Assembly: GCA_013374855.1 (NCBI GenBank)
Contig: CP055308.1
Span: 401,833 to 465,832, forward strand
Direction: 5' to 3'
From: Candidatus Woesebacteria bacterium
Lineage (GTDB): Bacteria; Patescibacteriota; Microgenomatia; UBA8517
Length of the DNA: 64,000 nt
Shown: one piece after another, positions 58,700-64,000 of the stretch
Layout of the letters: each line of letters opens with the position of its first letter
Position numbering within the stretch: the first letter of the stretch is position 1
Program-made: the position numbers and the translations under genes
Notes under the pieces: generated by a model
Database searches by the model: none
What the model was told of the DNA's origin: nothing
What the model saw: the letters and a program-made list of their open reading frames with translations, nothing else

Positions 58700-58813
58700 T
58701 TAGACAACAGTTAGCAGTTGTTGTGTATACTGTAGGGTAAGTTCGGGAAATTCTAGGATGTCTAGCCAGTTGGTTTGCCTAAAATCGTCCCATTTGTCCA
58801 GCATTTTGGACAT
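58700..58813 (-). CDS. 37-aa ORF spanning a degenerate tRNA-Gln 3'-end copy; possible recombinase C-terminal remnant
   Basis: MSKMLDKWDDFRQTNWLDILEFPELTLQYTQQLLTVV*. Confidence 0.35.
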   Translation of the reverse strand: MSKMLDKWDDFRQTNWLDILEFPELTLQYTQQLLTVV

Positions 58814-58960
58814 ATATAGTATTAATGTTTTGCGTTAAAGGTAAAAATTTGTTATAATTATTTTCGTATAAAGGGAAAAATTTTTCCTTAGAATTTTCTG
58901 TATTCTAGTGGCTTCTACATTTCTTAAAGTAGGAGCTTTTTCGTTTTAGAAAGGAGTTTT

Positions 58961-59536
58961 ATGGCATATTCGGATATTCCATTAGGAGATGATGCGCCTA
59001 GGGTTGTAAATGCCGTAATTGAGATACCTAGGGGTTCGCATAACAAATATGAGTATAGTGAGGAGCTTGATGAGATCAGGCTGGATCGTATATTGCATTC
59101 ACCCCTTTTCTACCCTGTGGATTATGGTTTTATACCGCATACTCGCTCTGAAGATGGGGATCATCTTGATGTATTAGTTTTTATTACAGGTTCTACATTT
59201 CCCGGTTGTGTTTTGTCTGTAAGGCCAATAGGCGTCTTGGATATGGAAGATGAGAATGGCCAAGATTGGAAAATTGTAGCTGTTGCTGACAAAGATCCTC
59301 ATCAGTCAAATATTCAAACGATTGATGATATCGATGAACAAAGCAAGAAAGAAATAGCTCATTTTTTTGAGGAATACAAAAAGCTTGAAGGTAAATATGT
59401 TAAAGTTAGAAACTGGCTAAGTAAAAGAGAAGCTTATAGGATTATAAATGAGGCAAATATAAGGTTTAGGGAAGAATTGAATGAAGTTGTTCAAGATACT
59501 AGTCAATTTTTACAAAACAAATCCTATGACAGCTGA
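58961..59536 (+). CDS. ppa: inorganic pyrophosphatase (family I)
   Basis: EIP.GS.NKYE, YP.DYGFIP.T..EDGD.LD, FF..YK.LE. Confidence 0.96.
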   Translation: MAYSDIPLGDDAPRVVNAVIEIPRGSHNKYEYSEELDEIRLDRILHSPLFYPVDYGFIPHTRSEDGDHLDVLVFITGSTFPGCVLSVRPIGVLDMEDENGQDWKIVAVADKDPHQSNIQTIDDIDEQSKKEIAHFFEEYKKLEGKYVKVRNWLSKREAYRIINEANIRFREELNEVVQDTSQFLQNKSYDS

Positions 59537-59753
59537 AAGAGATTCTTCTAATTTATTTAATTATTATTTACATCTTATTATTGATCAAGGTAAAGATGGA
59601 CAATTGGAATTGTCGGGCGATTCTGGCAAGAAAATTGTTCTAGAAAAAGGACAGGATTCTGGGGGAAATAATATTATTATTGTATCAGGAGGTGGTGCAG
59701 ATTATCAAATTGTCTATACTAATGGTAAAGTTGAAAGTCCTCAAAGTAAGTAA
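59526..59753 (+). CDS. hypothetical protein
   Basis: Short ORF overlapping the ppa stop. Confidence 0.5.
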   Translation: MTAERDSSNLFNYYLHLIIDQGKDGQLELSGDSGKKIVLEKGQDSGGNNIIIVSGGGADYQIVYTNGKVESPQSK

Positions 59754-59879
59754 AGACACTTTTGTTTTTCTGATTTGTCAAATTGTTGTTTAGAACTTCA
59801 TTTTGACTAAGTTTAATAACTAAAAATTACTGATTTTACTTGTTGTATTTTTGTTTTTTTTCTGTAATAATTCATTCTT

Positions 59880-60287
59880 ATGAGGCAAACTCTAATTTAT
59901 ACTATTTTGGTTATCTTATTCTCCTTTTTACTTGTTGGATTTGTTGTGGTTGGCAGTCGGAAAAAAGATACAAAAACAGTTGTTAATAATCAGAACACCA
60001 CCTCCTTTTCTGCCTCTGAAATTACCTACTACTATGGTAATACTTGTCCTCATTGTAAAGAGGTAGAAAGCTGGATAGAAGAAAACAAAATTGACGAGAA
60101 GTTAAAGATTATTAAAAAGGAAGTCTATGATAATCCCTCGAATGCGGCGGAGTTAAGATTGGCCGCTCAAAAATGCGGGTTGGATACCACAGCTATTGGT
60201 GTTCCTTTTCTTTATTCACCCGATGGCAAGTGTTTTATTGGAACACCTGATGTCATATCTTTCTTAAAGGAAAAAGCTGGTTTGTAG
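59880..60287 (+). CDS. membrane-anchored thioredoxin/glutaredoxin-fold protein
   Basis: N-terminal TM, CPHC active site, GVP cis-Pro motif. Confidence 0.85.
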   Translation: MRQTLIYTILVILFSFLLVGFVVVGSRKKDTKTVVNNQNTTSFSASEITYYYGNTCPHCKEVESWIEENKIDEKLKIIKKEVYDNPSNAAELRLAAQKCGLDTTAIGVPFLYSPDGKCFIGTPDVISFLKEKAGL

Positions 60288-60295
60288 TTTAGTTT

Positions 60296-60790
60296 ATGAA
60301 GGCAGTTCTTTTTTTCTTGTTTTTGTTTATTTTTCCTAAAAATACTCTGGCGGTTTGTCCGCTTTGCACTGTTGCAGTGGGTACTGGATTGGGCTTTTCT
60401 CGTGTTCTTGGAATAGATGATGTAATTACTGGTATTTGGATGGGTGGGCTTATAGTTTCTTCGGCTTTGTGGTTTTCTTCTTGGCTTGAAAAGAAAAATT
60501 ACAAAATTCCCTACCGCGACCTTTCCTCTTTGCTTCTGTTTTTCTTGGTTGTGATCTTGCCTCTTTATTGGGGGAAAATAATAGGAATTTCAGGAAATAC
60601 TTTTTTGGGTATTGATAAGTTTTTGTTTGGGATGTTGTTTGGTCTTTTGATTTTTCTCCTTTCTGTGCGGCTTGATGTTTTGTTAAGGGAAAAAAACAAT
60701 GGTAAAGTTTTATTTTATTATCAAAAAGTGGTTTTGCCTCTCTTTTTGCTTTCTTTGGCAAGTTTTGTTTTATTTATTATTTTGAGTTAG
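60296..60790 (+). CDS. 4-TM membrane protein with N-terminal CPLC
   Basis: Signal-like start, AVCPLCT, GIDD...G.W.GG, hydrophobic segments. Confidence 0.75.
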   Translation: MKAVLFFLFLFIFPKNTLAVCPLCTVAVGTGLGFSRVLGIDDVITGIWMGGLIVSSALWFSSWLEKKNYKIPYRDLSSLLLFFLVVILPLYWGKIIGISGNTFLGIDKFLFGMLFGLLIFLLSVRLDVLLREKNNGKVLFYYQKVVLPLFLLSLASFVLFIILS

Positions 60791-60803
60791 AATAAAGTGC
60801 TTT

Positions 60804-61358
60804 ATGAGGAAAAAACAAGTCGAGATTGATATAAATAAATTTTTAGAGAAAGTAAAAAGATTGGAAAAAGGGGAAAAGCTTGATCTTTCTTCTGATGAGG
60901 ATTTGTCTGTTGCCATTATGAATCTTATTTCTATGGAGGAACATTTCTTTTTTACTTATGCAAAGACTAAAGATACAAAATATCTTGATCTTCTGAACGA
61001 GGTTCGTCAGATTCGAAAGAGCGCCTTGAAAAGAATAATAAAAGATTATGAAGGAGAGGTTTGGTGCATAAGCAAACACCTGCTTTCAGCATCTATGCGT
61101 TTTATGGAAGTGGGGACAAAGTTTTTAAGTAAGGGAGACAAAAAGAATGCTAAGGATATGTTTGAAAAATCTTACCAGCTTTACAGTCTTTTTTGGGGGA
61201 TTAATTTGGGAGTGGTGAAAGTTAAAGACACAAAATTGTCTGATTCTGAAGTGGTTAGTTTTTTGGGGGAAGATGAAAGAGAAAGGACAGAGAAAGTTGG
61301 AGTTTTTGAAAAATTAGGGGAAATTGTCAAAAAAGCGATAAATTGTTGTAAAGAGTAG
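60804..61358 (+). CDS. hypothetical helical protein with EEH, WC.SKH and terminal CC motifs
   Basis: NLIS.EEH, E.WCISKHLL, NCCKE*. Confidence 0.75.
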   Translation: MRKKQVEIDINKFLEKVKRLEKGEKLDLSSDEDLSVAIMNLISMEEHFFFTYAKTKDTKYLDLLNEVRQIRKSALKRIIKDYEGEVWCISKHLLSASMRFMEVGTKFLSKGDKKNAKDMFEKSYQLYSLFWGINLGVVKVKDTKLSDSEVVSFLGEDERERTEKVGVFEKLGEIVKKAINCCKE

Positions 61359-61361
61359 GGA

Positions 61362-61556
61362 TTAGTTTAGCCTTTCTTTTTGTCTGTTTATTTCCCAGGT
61401 TAGTATATCTGCTTTTTGTTTTCTGTCTTCAGGTGATTCTACCCTTGAGTCAGTTCTCAATAAAAGACATTCTTTTCCATCACAACATTTATTGTATGGA
61501 CATTCGCGCAGTTTAAATTTCTCTTTGATGTTTTTGAAAGTCTCGCATCTTGTCAT
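61362..61556 (-). CDS. small Cys-rich hypothetical protein
   Basis: Five Cys in 64 aa; start overlaps the permease stop. Confidence 0.45.
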   Translation of the reverse strand: MTRCETFKNIKEKFKLRECPYNKCCDGKECLLLRTDSRVESPEDRKQKADILTWEINRQKERLN

Positions 61557-62332
61557 TTTTTCTGAGTTGAGATCTTTACCATTGATGTGACAATAAAGAT
61601 CGCAATTCCGACTATTATAACCACCGGCCCTGTAGGCATGTCAAATGTTCTGGCAAGTAGTATCCCCAAAAGTGATGAGAGAGCTCCAAATAAAGCAGAA
61701 AAGACAAAATATTGTTTGAGATTTGATGAAATGTTTTTTGCACTTACTGCTGGAATGATAACAAGAGCTCCTGTCAAAAGAGTTCCCAAGAATTTTATTC
61801 CAAGTGAGACAGCAACACCAACCATCAAAAGATAGATAAAATTAACTTTTGATGTTTCTATTCCTTCAGATACAGCAAGTTCTTTTGAAATAACTAATTT
61901 GATTAGTTTTTTGGATATAGAGAAGGTTATACCAAGAAGAAGTGCAGAGAGTGAAATTATAAATATGCTGTCAATTGTTGTGATTTTATCTATATCCCCG
62001 AATAAACTTTCGTAAATTTCAGTTTCTGGAGTAATTAGGATTCCAATTGCTAAGCTTGCAGTAAAAAAAATTCCAACCAAACCTTCAGGGAAGTTTTCTG
62101 TTTTTTCTTCTAAAACAAATATGCCAATAATTGAAAGAAAAAGAAAAACAAATGCGCCAATTAGTGGGTTTATTCCAGACATTGTTGCAATAGCCATTCC
62201 GGGAAGAGCGATATGAGAAAGTGCGTCTCCAACAAGAGACATTCTTTTAATAACCATAAAAGATCCCAAAAAACCGGAAGCAACCCCAACTAGAATACCT
62301 GCAATTATAAGCATAAGAAGACTATTTTCCAT
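61553..62332 (-). CDS. metal (Zn/Mn) ABC transporter permease, ZnuB-like
   Basis: GDALSH.ALPG, LFG.I, G.LL..AL..IPA, P.GP. Confidence 0.93.
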   Translation of the reverse strand: MENSLLMLIIAGILVGVASGFLGSFMVIKRMSLVGDALSHIALPGMAIATMSGINPLIGAFVFLFLSIIGIFVLEEKTENFPEGLVGIFFTASLAIGILITPETEIYESLFGDIDKITTIDSIFIISLSALLLGITFSISKKLIKLVISKELAVSEGIETSKVNFIYLLMVGVAVSLGIKFLGTLLTGALVIIPAVSAKNISSNLKQYFVFSALFGALSSLLGILLARTFDMPTGPVVIIVGIAIFIVTSMVKISTQKK

Positions 62333-62957
62333 AATTTTCCATATTAATTACTACATCTGCATATTTTTGAATAACGTCTCTGTCGTGCGATACAAAAATA
62401 ATTGTTATACCCTTTTCTTTTAAGCTTTTGAAAAGTGCATAAAAACTCTTTTCTCCTTCCAAATCTACCCCTACTGTTGGCTCGTCTAGTAAAAGCAGAT
62501 TTGGATTATCAAGAAGTGCATTTGCAAGCATCACTCTTTGTAGCTCTCCCCCTGAAAGGTCTGAAACTTTTGTTTTAAGAAGTGTTTCAAGGTGTCCGTG
62601 CAGATGACAGCATTTTTCTTTTTCTTCTTTGAAACCAACAAGTATAAGTTTTTCTTTTATCGCATCTTTGTTCTTTTTTTTAAGATTCAGAAGGTCAAGA
62701 ACGGTAATTGGAATATCACGACTTACTTGGAATTTTTGTGGCAGATAACCTATTTTTACATCGCCTGCTAATTCTATTTTGCCTTTGTAGGGACATACTC
62801 CAATTATGCTTCTTAAAAGAACTGTTTTTCCTGTGCCATTTGCGCCGGTGATAGCATATATTTTGTCTTTTTTGAAATCAAAAGAAAATTTGTTTATAAT
62901 TTTATGCTCTCCGAAGATCACTTCAAGATTTTTAACGGAAAGAATTGTGTTTTTCAT
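62322..62957 (-). CDS. metal (Zn/Mn) ABC transporter ATP-binding protein, ZnuC-like
   Basis: GANGTGKT, GYLPQ, LSGGELQRV.LA.AL, LDEPT.GVD, VSHD; CCHLHGH insert. Confidence 0.92.
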   Translation of the reverse strand: MKNTILSVKNLEVIFGEHKIINKFSFDFKKDKIYAITGANGTGKTVLLRSIIGVCPYKGKIELAGDVKIGYLPQKFQVSRDIPITVLDLLNLKKKNKDAIKEKLILVGFKEEKEKCCHLHGHLETLLKTKVSDLSGGELQRVMLANALLDNPNLLLLDEPTVGVDLEGEKSFYALFKSLKEKGITIIFVSHDRDVIQKYADVVINMENYGK

Positions 62958-63001
62958 CTTGGTTTTCAAGATAATATCATATCTGAAGTCATTTTTCTTT
63001 T

Positions 63002-63985
63002 TTAGCTAAAAAGCCCACTGAGAACACATTTTGCTTCTAATTCGTGTCTTAGGGTTGTGGTTTGAGACTTTCTTGCAAAACAGCTCCAAAAATTTGTGGG
63101 GTCATCGATGGGGTGTAAGCCTTTTTGGCTATTTCTGGCTTTAATAACACTGGTAATATGGGAAGCAACTTCTGCTGCAAGCTGGGCTATTCTTGGGAAA
63201 AGCATTTTTGCTTCATCTTGATATTTTCTCATTGTTTCTTTTAGTAATTGATTTGGATTTTCTGGTTTTACAATTTCGGCCCATCTAGCAAAGCTTGGTA
63301 AATTGAGAATAGCATCTATTTTAAGACCATCTTTATCAGTAAGATCATCTCTTACTTTAAGCGACATCTCGGCAGCAAAAATTGCCCTTAATCTTTTTTG
63401 TATTTCAGTTAAACTATCTGTGTTGTCTGCGATGAAAATTTTGTATTTTTCCATTAGTTCTTCTTTGTTTTTTGCTGGTTTTTTGATGTTTATACCTGTA
63501 TTTTTGAGTATTTCAGGATTTACTGCGTGAATAAAGGCGCAAACAAAAATGGCGCTATCTAATTCCAGAAATTTTGGCCATTCTGTGGGATTAAACCCAC
63601 CCCTTAACCTGGAAAGGGTCAAGAAATCTTCTATTATTACCTCTATTGTGTTTTTTTCTTGAGGATGATTTTCAAGGAATTCTGAAATTCTTTTAGTTAG
63701 CATTAATTCAGTTTTCCTTTCTAACATAATCAAACCCCAAAGTTGGTTTTGAGTCAGATGACCCTTTTGCACTTTTAATTCAGCAGAGACACCGATGTCT
63801 GCTCTTTCGTTTAGAGCAATCATAAGTGGTGTGAGTCGACTTATCTTTAATAGAGATTCTTGGCCGCTTGTTTCTTCTGGGAAAGCACTAAGTATAGATG
63901 CCCTTATGGCCAGTGAGGTTCGGGGAATCAGCACTTCCTTGCCAACTGCTCTAGCTTTTGTGAATTCTAGAAGAGTTTCTGCCAC
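63002..63985 (-). CDS. hypothetical all-helical protein with a DDxxD motif
   Basis: Long ORF with GTG start; KVRDDLTD. Confidence 0.65.
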   Translation of the reverse strand: MAETLLEFTKARAVGKEVLIPRTSLAIRASILSAFPEETSGQESLLKISRLTPLMIALNERADIGVSAELKVQKGHLTQNQLWGLIMLERKTELMLTKRISEFLENHPQEKNTIEVIIEDFLTLSRLRGGFNPTEWPKFLELDSAIFVCAFIHAVNPEILKNTGINIKKPAKNKEELMEKYKIFIADNTDSLTEIQKRLRAIFAAEMSLKVRDDLTDKDGLKIDAILNLPSFARWAEIVKPENPNQLLKETMRKYQDEAKMLFPRIAQLAAEVASHITSVIKARNSQKGLHPIDDPTNFWSCFARKSQTTTLRHELEAKCVLSGLFS

Positions 63986-64000
63986 ACCTATTATTGCTGG

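Overview
AT-rich bacterial chromosome segment in standard genetic code 11 (TGA ends rpsN, rpsM and other genes). The gene set and style point to a CPR/Patescibacteria organism, probably Microgenomates-like: no rpmD in the spc operon, short AspRS and Rel, dockerin-tailed and TM-anchored orphan proteins, and a minimal RNase P RNA. This placement is inferred, not a database result. Positions 1-12.2 kb hold the S10 (3' part)-spc-alpha ribosomal superoperon, running directly into rplM-rpsI. Positions 12.2-19.7 kb are an accessory region at the 3' end of tRNA-Pro(GGG), with a MazG-like gene, a doubly interrupted surface-protein gene, a GmrSD-type nuclease with an extra C-terminal domain, and a TolB-like gene bracketed by a duplicated tRNA 3' end. 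After recA-recX-rny come two accessory genes; rny and each of these two genes is followed by a copy of a structured ~110-bp inverted-repeat element, giving a cassette-like array. Housekeeping genes follow (HU, ABC-2, miaA, rnpB, comM, dtd, nth, secDF, cca, recJ, rel, aspS, dac, gltX), with a small decayed accessory patch at 33.6-37.1 kb. At tRNA-Gln(CUG) there is an islet with a branched-chain polyamine synthase (BpsA-like) plus SAM decarboxylase, a thermophile-type module. The window ends with ppa, a three-gene Cys-motif operon and a Zn/Mn ABC transporter. Many genes appear to be transcribed leaderless. No CRISPR array, rRNA, transposase or intact integrase was seen.
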